Under the pieces are notes generated by a model. The model made no database searches. It saw only the letters and a list, made by a program, of their open reading frames with translations, and was not told the origin of the DNA. From Eledone cirrhosa (taxonomy: Eukaryota), in contig OZ024741.1 in the NCBI GenBank assembly GCA_964016885.1, positions 121,706,001-121,770,000 of the forward strand: 64,000 bases of DNA. Reading direction: 5' to 3'. A program made the translations under genes and the position numbers. Shown piece by piece: positions 50,931 to 64,000 of the stretch (position 1 is its first letter; the number at the start of each line of letters is the position of its first letter).

Positions 50931-52507
50931 ATACTTGGGGAGGGTCATATTTGTGTAATAATATTGCCAGAATTAATAACAGAACACACTCACTGTTTGG
51001 TTGGTTTTCGCTTCTGTGTCTTTTATATCGGTTAATTTATTCGGTCCTCAATGTTTACTATTGACTGACCAACGGTCAAAAATACAGATACAATATAGAC
51101 ACAAACACATATATATAGTCTAACAAAGTTCTTTCGTTGCACATCTGCAAATTCGTCAGTGGTGCTATTATGTTTCCTCCCGTTGTATTGTATGTTTACG
51201 CCATCTTTATTTAGTCTGTTTATTTATTTATTTATTTTTTTGTCTTCTCTGCGCATGCGTTTGCGTGTGTGTATAGTGTTTTGTTTGATGTATGTCCGTG
51301 TTTGGGTGACTGTGTATTGGTTATTGTATTCTATCTTAGTTTACTAGTGTGTGTTTATATGTGTTTGTTATTATTGTGCTTGTGTATGTATTTATTTATT
51401 TATTTATTTATTTATTTATACTTCTCTTAGGTCAGTGTTGTTTGTTTGAGTGTCGTTATTCCATTCATTTTTTCTGTTTAGTCTTGGCCTTCTAAGTTCT
51501 ATTTCGCTGGCCTCTCTGATTTGCCTATCTGGACACGGAACTCTGGATTAACAATATAGACGAGAGAGCCCAAATTCTCCACTCACACTATGCTAAACCC
51601 ATGTCCTCCAAATAGCTGATACTAAAATCTCAGCAATGTCCAGTAGTGCTCAGTTTAATATTCTGATCGCAGACTTGGTATGAGTGATGAAGAACGTGTC
51701 CCGAATGTGCGACCCAACAGAAATGGAAAGACACATCCAACACTTCATCAACCGCATGCAGTTCTCCGGCTACAACCAAAGAGACAGAATCAGAGTATAC
51801 GAAGGAGCCACGGAGAAGTATAAGACCCTCATAGAACTGGACATGAAAGGAATTTGCCCATTATACAGGAGCAAATCATGGAATAGCTTAGATAGGACTA
51901 GACATAAGATAGGGAAAGCCACCTCATGGTACGACAACCAGAGATACCAGAGTGTCATGTTTGTGGACGCTACCCCTGGAGGAAAATTAGCTAACCAGTG
52001 TAGAAAGGCCCTGAGAAAGACCCACCTAAAGATTAAGGTGGTAGAAAAGCCAGGAACCACCATAAAATCGCTGATCAGCAAAACCTACCCTTTAAAGAAA
52101 AAACCCACTGTACTAATAGGAAATGTATCATATATAAAGTAAACCCCCGGATAAACTGTAAAACTAGAAACGTAGTCTACAGCATAAGATGTACAGAGGG
52201 TACTTGCAAAAACATGACAACAACATACATAGGCGAGACAGCTCGTAGCATAGGTGAAAAAATAGACCAACACTGGGGGGAACTAACTGGGGGGAACCGT
52301 TGGTCAGTCAATGGTAACATTGAGGACCGAATAAATTACATTAACCGATATAAAAGACACAGAAGCGAAAACCAACCAAACAGTAAGTGTGTTCTGTTAT
52401 TAATTCTGGCAACATTATTACACAAATATGACCCTCCTCAAGTATAACAATATTTGTTTCGACACACGATTTCATATCAAAAACCTCGCAAAACTAATTC
52501 ATCGCCG

Positions 52508-52508
<1 letters not shown>
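50927..52508. mobile_element. Second insertion of the same PLE family: inverted pLTR (50927-51530) plus direct fragment (51531-52508)
   Basis: Colinear with 49268-50010, then jumps to the pLTR end; (TA)n flanks. Confidence 0.87.
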
Positions 52509-52544
<36 letters not shown>

Positions 52545-53165
52545 TATGATTACTTACATCTTCAAAAAGTTGCCGCATATTCATTTACTTTCGGTGAATA
52601 GCCGTGACCAGGAGGTGTTGATGGCATCAGATGGTGTCCAACGTTCATTGGTGGTTTCGACCCTCAACCGTAAAATCCTCTTGCTGGTGGGTCAGCTGTA
52701 GTGGCCAAATTTCCATTTTGCCTCCTGTCTTTCAGCTTATCTCCTCTCTCCTGCTTGCAGCCAGTATGAAGGCCTTTCTGCTGCCTCCTCCATCTGTCCT
52801 ACAAACTGCCTTATTTTCCAATGGCAGTGAGAATTCTCTATACTGAGTGAGTCGAGAAGCCCTTGCAGCCCTCTTTAACTGGAAATAGCCATGCCTGCCA
52901 AACTTATACTCCTGCACAATTTCTTAATCATTTTTAATTTCTCGCTCAAAGGCGTTGCCGTACTGTTCTTTCCACAGGACTGTGAGTTCAATCATATTAT
53001 CATTTTTATCCTTTCAGAACAAAGTGCTATATCAGGCCTCAGGGATGTTTGAACAACCAGGGGAACTGCAACCGACCTCCCAACCCATAGCTTTGGCCAT
53101 TTGTAGTAGGCCACATTATGTTTTAACTGTGGTAGATGGCTTCTCTCCCCGTTCCACAAAACTGA
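52545..53165 (-). mobile_element. HERO/NeSL-type RLE retrotransposon 3' fragment
   Basis: TSLRPDIAL..ELTVLW, WQAWLFPVKEGCKGF and EAAERPSYWL across frameshifts. Confidence 0.7.
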
Positions 53166-53250
53166 TTGTTTATATATATATATATAACCACATGTTGCTA
53201 GCAATATGCTGTAATATCTGTCCTTTTTTTTGTTACGTTATTTATTAAAG

Positions 53251-53384
53251 GTAGCTGTTATTTGTTGGAAGATTCGTAACTTCAACTCAGCCGTCAATAT
53301 ACTTTGTGCTTTTCATTCACCAATATTTTATCGCCTGAAAAATACGTGGAGCTGCTTCAAGACGAAATATCCATTCACCTACAA
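53251..53384 (+). CDS. RasGEF domain exon: VAVICWKIRNFNSAVNILCAFHSPIFYRLKNTWSCFKTKYPFTY
   Basis: Hallmark 'C----NFNS---I------S-I-RLK-TW' motif; T-rich tract plus 'aag|' acceptor and '|gtaagt' donor; phase 0 continues FIK|VA from 42137. Confidence 0.93.
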
Positions 53385-54707
53385 GTAAGTATATTTATTG
53401 GTAATTAAAGCGACCTTAAATATTGCTGGAGTTGTAATGGTCGACGTCCTGACACACAGCCCACCTTCTTGAGCACATGTGAAAACCTGGCTGAACCCAC
53501 CCTTCTTCATATAGGAATGCAGCCGATTTCTTTCCAGATAGAAAGAAAAAGACAGGAAGAAGAGAAAGTCCCACTCCCAGTACAGAACTGATATTTTATT
53601 TATCAACCCCGAAAAGTTGATCTCCGCGGATTTGAACTCGGAGCACAGAGAACCAGAACAAATACCGAATCATTTTAATCCAATGCCTTAACGACTCTCT
53701 CCTTTCGCCACCTTTATTTCTGTTGTTAACTATATGATAATAATGGCTTCCGGGCTGAGAATTGGCAGAATCGTTTGAACGTCGGATATAATATTCGTTC
53801 CACCTCTCTGCGCTCAAAGCTTAAATACCACCAAGGTCATTCCGTGATCGATAAATAAAGTACCAGTTCAATACTGGGGCAGGTTCTTCCTTTATCTCTC
53901 TTTCTGGCTTTCTCTCTATAGGTAAGTCTAAACAAGTATAGCTAAAAAAGGCTTCATCAAGCATTGGATAACAAAAAAACAGCAGGTTGTACAAATAATG
54001 GATGCAGGCTAGCCCCGATGATGACACGTGAGGATTAGATGTTCAACTTGTGTAGTCTTGTTTCTTCATCAAATAGGCAACTCACATCAATAAGAAAAGT
54101 TCGAGACTGGCGTTTCCTTTAAACAAGAGGTACAGTCGCAGCAGGCTAATTCATTAAACAATTGGCCTATAAAGTGAACGGTGGTTTGTATCTCTGTAAA
54201 TACAAGTGTTTTTGCATGGATGTAACAAAAAAACACTAGCTACTTTGCTTTTGTGAAAATATGTACTGCTCGATAATACTGAGAACAGGGGCATGTATTA
54301 TTCAGCAAGTATTTTGTTAGAATGTAGCACTGATTTGAAATCTGAACGTAATAATATGCGACAAAGAATTCGACCGAAGACAGGGATACGGTTCAATACA
54401 TTAAGTTGCATATCGATAAAATATTCGCATTTAAGTGAAGGCGTGTGGCTGAGTGGTTAGAGAATTGGATTCACAATCTTGAGGTTGTGAGTTCGATTTC
54501 TGGACCGGGCGATGCGTGATGTCCTTGAGCAAGGCACTTTATTTCACGTTGCTCCTTCTACCTGGAGTTGCGACCGATAGATAGTATTAGCAACTGGAAA
54601 GACCAACGGAAACATTGTTTCCTCGGTCCGATTTGACGAAAGTCGAGCGCTAAAAAAAAAAAAAGAATATATATATATATATGGTCATTTATTATTATTA
54701 TTATTAT

Positions 54708-55566
54708 TCCTTGAGTCTCAGTCATTGATGTTAGTTAACTGGAAAGTCCGTTGGAATGAATATCAAGCCACTACCTGCAGCCTCAGATATTCAGGACGTA
54801 TCGGAGGATTCTTGCTGTTCCCAGCAAGCATGCCTTTTGAAGCGTTCCAAAAAGCGTGAAGGGGCCGATTTTCTTTAACCATCCCTGGAAACTTTTGGAG
54901 ATAGTCCCCAGTGCGCCTATGACAATCGGGATCACTTTGACTTCATGGCAGTTCCAAATCCTTTTTACCTCCCACTTTAAGTCCTGGTATCAGTTAATTT
55001 TCTCCCTCTCCTTCTCTTGCACTCTCGTGTCGAATGGGCAGGCCACATCCACAATCAGACACGATCTTTTTTCTTTGTCCACAACCACCAGGTCAGGTCT
55101 ATTGTGTTCCAGTTTCTTGTCCGTCTGTATCCTAAAATCCCACAGCACCTTCACCTGATCGTTTTCTATCACCGACTCTGGCTTATGCTCATACCACTTC
55201 TCTTATGCTCATACCACATTCCTTCTGTAGCCTTTTTAAGGTCTCCTCTTCTCAACCAGTTCTGTGGATCTCTAAATTCAGTTTTCTCAAAGAAGGTACT
55301 ATGAAGGGATTTATCCTGAAGGCTGCTCTTTCTCCTTGATGTTATTTCCTCCTTGGAGATCCCCTGGCCTATTGTCCCCTCCTTCAGTACAGTTCTGAAC
55401 ATTGGCTCCTTACTATCAGTCACGTTATTGTGTAGGTTGTTATTCTCCATCTGAACACAGTCCTCTATGCTGATAAGACCTCTTCCACCTTCAGATCTCC
55501 TTAAGTAGAGTCTATCGACATTACTCCTCTTGTGGAACATGTTGTAGATAGTCAATAGCTTCCTAG
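54708..55566 (-). mobile_element. Dong/R4-type element (third family), 5'-truncated and internally deleted, in (TAA)n
   Basis: VDRLYLRRSEGGRGL, WDFRIQTD and HNRPDLVVVD..IVDVACPFD; (ATT)n on both flanks, the established Dong target. Confidence 0.88.
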
Positions 55567-55810
55567 AATTATTATTATTATTATTATTATTATTGGCGAC
55601 CTGCGTAGTAAATCGTATCATCGTGAGCTCCACAAAGGTTTGTTATTTTCAGTTGTTTAAAATTGCCATTTATGGAACATTTTTATAGTTAACTGTATAT
55701 AAGTGCACATACATTGATTTCTGAAAAGGATACTCAAAAATATTGGGGCCTTGAGCCCAAAATTTAAACTTTTTATAATTATCAAACAAAACAAACTTCT
55801 TTGAACAATC

Positions 55811-57747
55811 ATGAACGACTCAGGGTCACTCATTCCTCACAAACTAACACCTCACACCGATACCACCATTGTAAATATTACTACGTTTGCCAACACTAAA
55901 AATATAAGCAGTAGCAATATTTTAAATTTGTCTCAGCCAGACATTCATTTCCCGCCATTACCAATGACTGCAGGTGTTAAAGCCACCACCCCACCCCCAC
56001 CACAGCGACAACAGAAACAAAAGAAAAAAAAAATTAACTCGTGATATCGAAATGAATTCAACTAAAATGAACTCTTCCACACCGAACACCACTGACGCCA
56101 CCACCACCACATCTGAAACTAAAATTAACAATAACAAAAATAACGATAACAACAACAGCAACAATGAAATTAAGAAAACTATCCCGAGTTTTGCCAGCGA
56201 AACGATCCAGGTAACTCAGGAGAAATTAGAAGAAGCCAAAAGAATGGCAAAGAAAGATGGGTACAGGGTCAACCCCCCCCCCACACACACACACCTAATA
56301 AAATGGAGCATCGTCGCCTATGCACCGTGTCTTATCGGACAATTAACATAAAATCGCGCCGAGTGGAACGGGCATCCGAGTCCCAAATCCAAAAAGCTTT
56401 GGGACATGTGTGGGCAAAAAAAAACACACATCAGACGTGGGCAGAAATATGGAACCGTGGACGTGTTCTTTGAAACACCACAGGAGGCCAGAGAACACTC
56501 CATGGCCCCATTAAGAAGTGACGACTTCACACTCGTCCCAAGCTATTGTGGCCAGAGACTTGTGAAGATCAGGGTGACCCACATTCCACCAGCCATCGAA
56601 ATTCCCTGGCTAATGGCTGCCGTCCTCGCCGGCATCGAGGCCAACAGCAAGATAATCGAAATAGCGAAAGAAAAGCAGGAGAACTGGTCCGGATCTGGGA
56701 TGGAGCTCCTGATCCAAGCGGACCATAAAAGCGTTGAGGAGATCCCAGAGGTAATAGACCTCACTGACGGCAGCCACCTCACCGTAATCGTCGACGGCAG
56801 AAGGCCTAGGTGTGTCGTTTGTGGTGAAGGAACCCACCTAAGGGCTTTCTGTCCTCAGGCTAAAAGGTTGAGGCCACCTCTCTTACCAACCCAGGTGACT
56901 CAACCATCAACACCACCAGCAGCAGAAATGGCAGCAACAACTGTAGCAGCAACAACAGAAGCAACTGTAACAGCAATAACCTCAGCAACAGTAGCAAAAC
57001 CAACACCACCACCACCAGCAAACCAACACCACCACCACCCAACGCTTCAGAACTAGCACCAGCGCCTACACCATCCACCACGCCACAACCAAAACTAACG
57101 CCTGTGGAGGATTTTCCACTCCCCGGCCTATCACAACTGGAGACAGATTGTGACGACGAGGAGTGGGAAACGGTATCAGGAAAAAAAAAAGAAACCAAAA
57201 AAGAAAAAATTCTCTTCCTTCCCCCTCCAAAAACAAAATACAGAGGGAAACAAATAAATTAACAAACAAAAAAGTTAGGACAGATATGCCACCATCCACA
57301 CCAGCATCACCAACCCCATCAACCCAAACACCAACACCATCACCATCATTAACCCCAACACCACCATCACCTACACCACAAAAGTCACCAAAATGCGAAA
57401 CAGAAACAAACCCACAACAAACGCAAACAAAACAAAACAACCAAAACGATACACACTACACAGCATTAAATTTGAACAACAAGCAATTATTACACTACAT
57501 CCAACACAACACCAGCATCACAGAAAAAGACTACACAACAACCCAAAAATTCACACCACCTCCACACATACAAATCACTCGCATCACACAGAAAACGTAC
57601 ATGACACTAAAACAAAAATTCCCCAAAGACATCGGAGACTTCCGACAAGCACTCTCCAGGAGGATTTATAAGGACATCCTTCCTGAGGAGGCCACAAGCA
57701 GTGAAAAGGATGGAAAAACCGTCCTTCCCCTACGAGAAGTACGGTAA
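55811..57747 (+). pseudogene. LINE ORF1 (gag-like, CVVCGEGTHLRAFC knuckle), frameshifted
   Basis: Pieces 55811-56044, 55974-56351, 56406-57056 and 57163-57747 are linked by frameshifts mostly at A/C homopolymers. Confidence 0.75.
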
Positions 57748-57781
57748 GTGGTCTTTCCCATCTTTTCCACTCCTTTTCAAC

Positions 57782-60700
57782 ATGACCTCACTCAGAATAG
57801 GCAGCATAAATGCGCGTGGCTTGGGGTCGTCATGGAAGCAGGGCCACCTGCTCAACGACCTCAGGTCACTAAACATAGATGTAGTGGCCATCAGCGAGAC
57901 CAGAATCTCCGAAGCACGGGCCTTCGCACCGATCTTCGGCGGCTACGATGTGTACGCATCTCCCAGCCGTCCGCGATCGGGGGGCGGAGTTGCTGTGATT
58001 TTTCGGAGAGGTTTGGATCTTGCCATACGGGCTATCTTCATAGACCCAGAAGGTAAGTTGGTGGTGCTGGACGTGACCAGCGGAGACGGGCAAGCTTTCA
58101 GGTTAGTGGCCGTCTATGCCCCGACAGGAGCAGGGCGGCCTGATTTCTTCCGGCGTCTGGAGACCTTTTTTGGAACGTCCCGCTCTTTAGTGTTAGTGGG
58201 CGACTGGAACGGGATCTTAGATGCACGCTGGGATTGTGTGGGATTAATGGATAGGGAAGCAGCGTGCAAGAGTCTCACCAACCTGCTCAGGCGTTTCGAA
58301 CTGTCTGACAGGTACCGAATGGATTTCCCGAATGTACCAATGTGGACTTGGACAAATCGCATAGGGTCATCCAGATCATATCTAGATAGAGTATTTTGTA
58401 GGGAAATAGATAAGTCTAGCATAGGCTGTCCACAATTCAAGATAGTCAGCTACACGGACCACAAATTCGTGATCTGTGTGCTTGACTTAGATAGGCTTCA
58501 TAGACGAGGACCCGGCTACTGGAAGCTAAACGCGTCCTTACCAGCGCGCAAGGCCTACAGAGACCGGATTAGCGAACTAGTTAAGCGGGCGTTGACGGGG
58601 GCCATCGTCAACAACAAGTGGTGGTTTGCTCTGAAAAGAGCAATTAGAATAGAGTCCATTAGGTTTAGTAAGGCTTTAGCAATAGAGAAAAATAGAGCAG
58701 AGGGAGAATTAGTTAGAAAATTAGACGAGGCGCTTAGCAAAGGCATTGCGACTGACGTACTTGCGACGAAATTGGCCCTTGACCAATTCTTCAATGCAAA
58801 GCACGAAGGCTGCGTTGTCAGAGCTAGGGTGCGTGCTCTCAGACACGAGGGGACGAAAGCCGTTCAATGGGCCCGAGTGGCCGAGGGACGTCGTGGCAAT
58901 CAAGCCACGATCCGGTCTTTGGTGGACCACGACGGGCGCATGCTACTCGATCCCGGGCAAATGTGTGAAGCTTTTCAGCGACACTTCGCTCAACTGTTCG
59001 GGGGCATTTGCGGGCCGGATCGAGGGATGGACTTTAGTGTCTACCTCGACGGACTGCCGCGGCTTTCGGCCACTGAGGCGGAGTGTTGCGAAAAGCCGAT
59101 AACAACCGCTGAAGTACGGGAGGCAATGACTGGCTGCACAAGGTGTAAATCGCCTGGTTTGGATGGTCTGCCATATGAACTTTACGTACAAATGCCAGAC
59201 CTTTTCGGAGGCCTCTTGGCGGACGTCTACTGCAACTGGCAACAGAACGGGAGAATTCCCAGCTCTGTGAGCCGAGGAGCGGTGGAGCTGCTGAGAAAGG
59301 ATCCGAACAAGGGGGATAACACAGATAATTTTAGGCCCATAACTCTGCTAAACACAGAGTTCAAGATTTTGGCCAAGGTGCTAGCAAAGAGGTTGGCGCT
59401 TGTCGTTGAGGGTCTGGTGGGAGAGGCACAGACATGCACCATTCCTGACAGATCCATCCACGACAACCTCCACCTCATGCGATACATCGTAGAGAGGGTA
59501 GCTAGGGAACCTGGCACGGGTGGGTCTTTGATCAATTTAGATCAGTCGAAAGCCTTCGATAGGGTCGACCATCGTTACCTAGCGGCAGTCCTGAGGGCGG
59601 CTGGCTTTGGGCCCGTCTTCAGAGGCTGGATCGCTGCCATGCACAGCGACATCTGCTCTGTAGTGAGAGTGAACGGTCACCTTTCGGAACCGTTCAACAT
59701 CATGCGCTCGGTCCGCCAAGGATGTCCCCTCTCGTCCCTATTGTACGTATTGACTCTCGAGCCATTACTGCACAAACTGGAGACGTTGAGGGGGGTCCCG
59801 CGCGAACTAGGATGCGGAAGATCCGTGTCAGCATATGCCGACGATGTCACCGTAGTGGTGTCGAACGCCAAACACATCGAGGCGATCGGCACTACACTAA
59901 GAGAATACGAAGTGGTGACAGGAGCAATGATCAACCAGGAAAAGTCAGTGGGCCTGCAGCTCGGCACCTGGAGAGGCAGGTCCATGCCGTCCAACAGCGT
60001 CGTCGGGCGCTGGACGGACGGACCGGTTAAATTGCTATGGGTCTGGTTCGGTCCAGACCTCCAGACGGACAAAAACTGGGACGAGGTGACGAGCAGGGTG
60101 GCTTCTCTCACCCAGAAATTGGCCGAGAGGAAGCTATCCCTGAAAGGTCGAGCGGAGGTGGCGAATGCGTACATCGCGTCCGTTATCTACTACCGCCTGA
60201 CCGTCGTACCTTGTCCTAAGCCCCGCCTAACTGCGCTGGAGCGTTTGCTCTTTCGCTTCTTGTGGAAGGGACGCGCTCCGATGGTCAGGCGGTCCATCTG
60301 CTGTCAACACCCGCTACGTGTGTAGGGGGGGGGCATGCCGTGGCTGATGATGCGCAGACATGCGCTCAGGCTACGACATCTCCACTTCTTCCTCGACGGT
60401 GATCAGGTGTGGTCGCCGTTTGCTAGAGACGTTTTTTCCCCAGCTCGTCTCCTTGACGGAGCTGCAGTCCTGGGTCAAGCGAAGACCAAGAGGGAGCGCT
60501 TGGAGACTGGAATGTCTTCAGGCGCTCACAGCCCTCGACCAATTGGGCAATGTGATCGGTGGAAACTCCACCTTGGCGTTCTATAGGGGATTAGTGGAGG
60601 GGAAGAGCGACGACGTACTTGGAGAAACTCTAGGCGTCGACGAAAATCAACTAGCCAATCTCTTCGGAAGGACTTTCGGGCCGGGGCCTATGGACAACTT

Positions 60701-61205
60701 CCAGAAATCCCTGGCCTGGCAGTGCTACTGGGGAGCTTTGCCAGTTCGGGATAAACTCTACAGGCATGGAGGTGCCGTCAGACGGACATGTCCGAGATGC
60801 GCGCAGGGCGACGAAACCGTCCTGCACGCACTCGTCCAGTGTCCGAGCATTGCTGACTTGTGGGTTTATGTCGAACACCCGCTGTCACGTGTAGGACGGA
60901 CACAGCTGTCAGCTGAGTCTATCGTGAGGATTACCCCTCCCTCTTCCTTTAGCCGGGAAGGGCAGGCAGTTTTTATCTGTCTGGTGGCCATGGCGAAAGA
61001 GATAGTATGGTGGACACGTTTGAAAGGGCTGAAGACGAGCACTTACCTCTTCGGTGATGCCCTGATTAACTTTTTCAAATTTCATTTGAAAAGGAAAATC
61101 AGGGTAGAGAGGGAAGTGCTCTCTTCCCAGCATTTTGTTGAAAGATGGGTGAGAGAAGCAAGTATGGCCCGAATGAATGGGCCTTCTCTGAGTATGTGTC
61201 TGTAA
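57782..61205 (+). pseudogene. LINE ORF2 (APE endonuclease, RT, CCHC), broken near 60320-60440
   Basis: SINARGL, SETR, GDWN, TDHK, GYWKLN, SPGLDG, DQSKAFD, VRQGCPLS, YADD and CPRC..ETVLHALVQC. Confidence 0.92.
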
Positions 61206-61896
61206 ATTAAAGGTGGAAAACTGGGAGAGGGCACTTGCCCTGGTGGTCAGGGCCACTGTGGTCTTTTAATGGGCTTTCTCCACAAATGTCCCTTGGAAGT
61301 CTCCCCCCCCCTATTGGGGAATTTTTCTTTGTTATTTTATTTCAACCTCTGTTTTTTTTACACGCAGAAATGCCCATTTGTACCGTCCTGTATTGTCCTG
61401 TACTGTCCTTAATGTCTACTTTATGTGAACCCTTGTGGTTAATAAAGAAAACATTATTATTATTATTATTATTATTTTTATTTTTATTTTTATTTTAAAT
61501 TTTGCCGTCTTGTATCGCGGTCAACTTAATAATATTTTTTATTTTTTTTATTTTCTTAATCCTTATTTTTTATGTGACGGCCTATTATGATTATTTATTC
61601 TTATTTGTGTGTGTGCATATGTATCCTTTTATATGTGACTACGTATGCATGTGTGTATATATATGTGTGTGTATGTATGTGTGTATGTATGTATGTGTAT
61701 GTATATATATGCATGTGTATGTATATATATGTGTATATATATATATATATATATGTATGTGCGTGCATGTATATATATGTATGTATATATATATATATAT
61801 ATATATGTGTGTTGGTGTATTTATGTATGGATATATATATATATATGTGTATGTGTGTGTATATGTGTCTCTGTGTATATATGTGTGTATGTGTGC

Positions 61897-61940
<44 letters not shown>

Positions 61941-62954
61941 CATGATACTTTATGGACCACCATGAAGAAATTCAACACGAGGAAATGTTGATCCATAGCC
62001 TACAAAATGTTTACACAAATCCAAAGGCAGCACTTATACATCGGAGAGTTGTTCCATAATACCGTAGGAAAGGGTTAGAGCTGCCTCCTTTTTGCCACTC
62101 TGTTAAACTTTTTCCTGGAATGGATGATGAGCAAACAAGCAATATTAAATATATTTGAGAAGCAGGTCTAGTACAGCACTCGGGTTGACGCCATTTGTTG
62201 ATCCTTGTCTGTCCTTAACGGAGAGCACTATGTTGCACCTCTGCAAAATCCCACAAAATCCCATGGTCTTTCTCATATCACATCATTTGTCTAACATAAA
62301 TAAATAAAAACAAAAAAACAAAAAAAAACAAAAATGTTTTTTCCAACGATTAAGTCGGCGAATTGGTAGAATCGTTAGGACATCGGCAGAAATGTTCTGT
62401 GTCATTTGTTCCAATTCTCTGACTTCTGCGTTCAAAAATCCCTGATGTCAACTTTGTTGTAGAGGAAAAGTTCGCAACGGGAGGCATATGCACCCCCGGG
62501 GAGAGTTTCGGAACTCCAGGGGCATTTCGGAGCAAGGGTGCGTTAGGGGGGCGTTTGGAGCTGGGGGGGGGGGGGAGGCTGGAAGGCTCGTTACTTTGGT
62601 AAGTTTTATAAGCCATATTTATATGTCTTTGAGACAGCCAGTGTGAATGCATTTGAATGAGCATGCAGACAGCATAACTATGGTCTGACCGCAACTGTGA
62701 GCAGGTGTGCAGGCGTGTCTAGACATTAACCGGCAATTGAGATCCTAAAAATGGAAAAACCCACAGTCAACTGGGTCAAGGACACTTTGAGCGCAGCCAG
62801 TTAGAATCTTATCTTTCCTTCACCGATAACAATGTATTTCATGTCTGAAATTATTGACTCAACCGTAATGAGTTAACACTATGTAGATCTATTTTATTCC
62901 CTATTGTATACATAATATTACAAATAAAAAAAGAAAAGAAAAAAACACAGAAGT

Positions 62955-63312
62955 GGGTAGCACACATAGGACCACATACAACACATAAGCAGGTAATATA
63001 CACATCTAGGACCACATACAACACATAAGCATAGTACACACATCTAGGACCACATGCAACACATAAGGAGGTAGCACACACATCTAGGACCACATACAAC
63101 ACACAGGCAGGTAATACATACATCTAGGACTACATACAACACATAAGCAGGTAATACATACATTTAGGACCACATACAACACATAATCAAGTAATACATA
63201 CATCTAGGACCACATACAACACATAAGGATATAATACACACATCTAGGACTACATACATCACACAGGCAGGTAATACACACATCTAGGACCACATACAAC
63301 ACACAGGCAGGT
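62955..63312. repeat. Minisatellite, ~40-bp unit x ~9
   Basis: Unit CACATCTAGGACCACATACAACACATAAGCAGGTAATACA; GGAC(C/T)ACA recurs every 38-40 bp. Confidence 0.92.
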
Positions 63313-64000
63313 ATCATATGCTACGGACGACGCAAGAGCAATGGTCGGCCAACATAAGGGTTTCGTCAGTCTTCTGAAGAGACAAAATCTATCTGTATTT
63401 GCTGTTCATTGTGTCATTCATCGACAACACTTGGCTGCGAAGAAACTCAGCAAGCCGCTGAGCAAGTCCTTGCAGGTGGCCATTGACGTCATCAATTTTA
63501 TCAAATGGCATTCCCTCAATGAACGAATTTTCCGGCAACTGTGCCAAGATAATGACGAAGAATTCGTCAAATTGCTCCTTCATACTGAAGTGAGGTGGCT
63601 TTCAAAGGGCAAGTGCTTTACTCACTTCTTTGAACTCTTCGACTCTATCATTGAGTTTCTGCGAGGACGCAACAAAGAACTGTACAAGAAAACCCCTACC
63701 TCACCGACATCTTCGACAAATGTAATAGCGTCATTTTGGCTTTGTGGGGGAAGAGGATCACCTTTCTTAAAGCAAGGAATGCTGTGAAAACATTCCTGGC
63801 CAAATTGAATGTCATCGAAAAGAATCTTTGTTGACAGAAATTCTATAATTTTCCTAGTGTTGCAATGTTCAAAACATTGTAAGCGATGACCAACTCCAAA
63901 TTTATACCACTCACCTTCGTGCGCTACAAGACAACATGAGAGAACGGTTTGTCGACCTTTTGCCGATGGACATCCCAATGTGAATAGCAGATCCCTCAAT
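63312..64000 (+). pseudogene. hAT (Charlie/Buster-type) transposase fragment, degenerate
   Basis: ATDDARAMVG, HCVIHRQHL (CxxH) and LLLHTEVRWLSKG motifs; frameshifts downstream; runs off the window. Confidence 0.88.

Larger units (their letters stand above)
55690..61500 (+). mobile_element. Near full-length Tx1/L1-type LINE
   Basis: ORF1 with a CCHC knuckle, ORF2 with APE+RT+C-terminal zinc finger, AATAAA at 61441 and an (ATT)n tail; the 5' boundary is approximate. Confidence 0.9.

Noticed and set aside
62955-63312. CRISPR-like regular spacing
   Set aside because: Head-to-tail 40-bp minisatellite without unique spacers, in a eukaryotic context with no cas genes.

Overview
Repeat-dense, AT-rich animal genomic DNA. 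The (TA)n/(TATG)n microsatellites and SINE families look cephalopod/Octopus-like, which is inference only. (1) 0.3-14 kb: a nest of about 10 non-LTR retroelements strung along a (TATG)n microsatellite with strict polarity. RTE-clade LINEs carrying C-terminal C2H2 fingers and their non-autonomous derivatives are all on +; R4/Dong-type RLE elements are all on -. (2) A host RasGEF (CDC25-domain) gene on +, invisible as a long ORF. Short phase-compatible exons lie at 19470, 34523, 34994, 40029, 42009 and 53251, with tentative exons at 18022 and 55567. One intron holds a ~14.7 kb (GTT)-based satellite with higher-order repeats. (3) Many Penelope-like element remnants (Hydra-, Naiad- and Neptune-like) inserted in (TA)n, plus about 13 type-I hammerhead ribozyme motifs read from the sequence. 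The best novelty candidate is an ORF-less, highly structured 465-nt hammerhead-bearing tandem unit with a circularly permuted inverted copy and compensatory base changes (45438-46490), i.e. a retrozyme/circRNA-like element. A perfect 274-bp double-hammerhead palindrome (14280-14553) is the second candidate. (4) Also present: a near full-length Tx1/L1-type LINE, a Dong element in (TAA)n, a HERO-type fragment, a hAT transposase relic, a MITE and tRNA-derived SINEs. All calls were made by eye; element boundaries are approximate.
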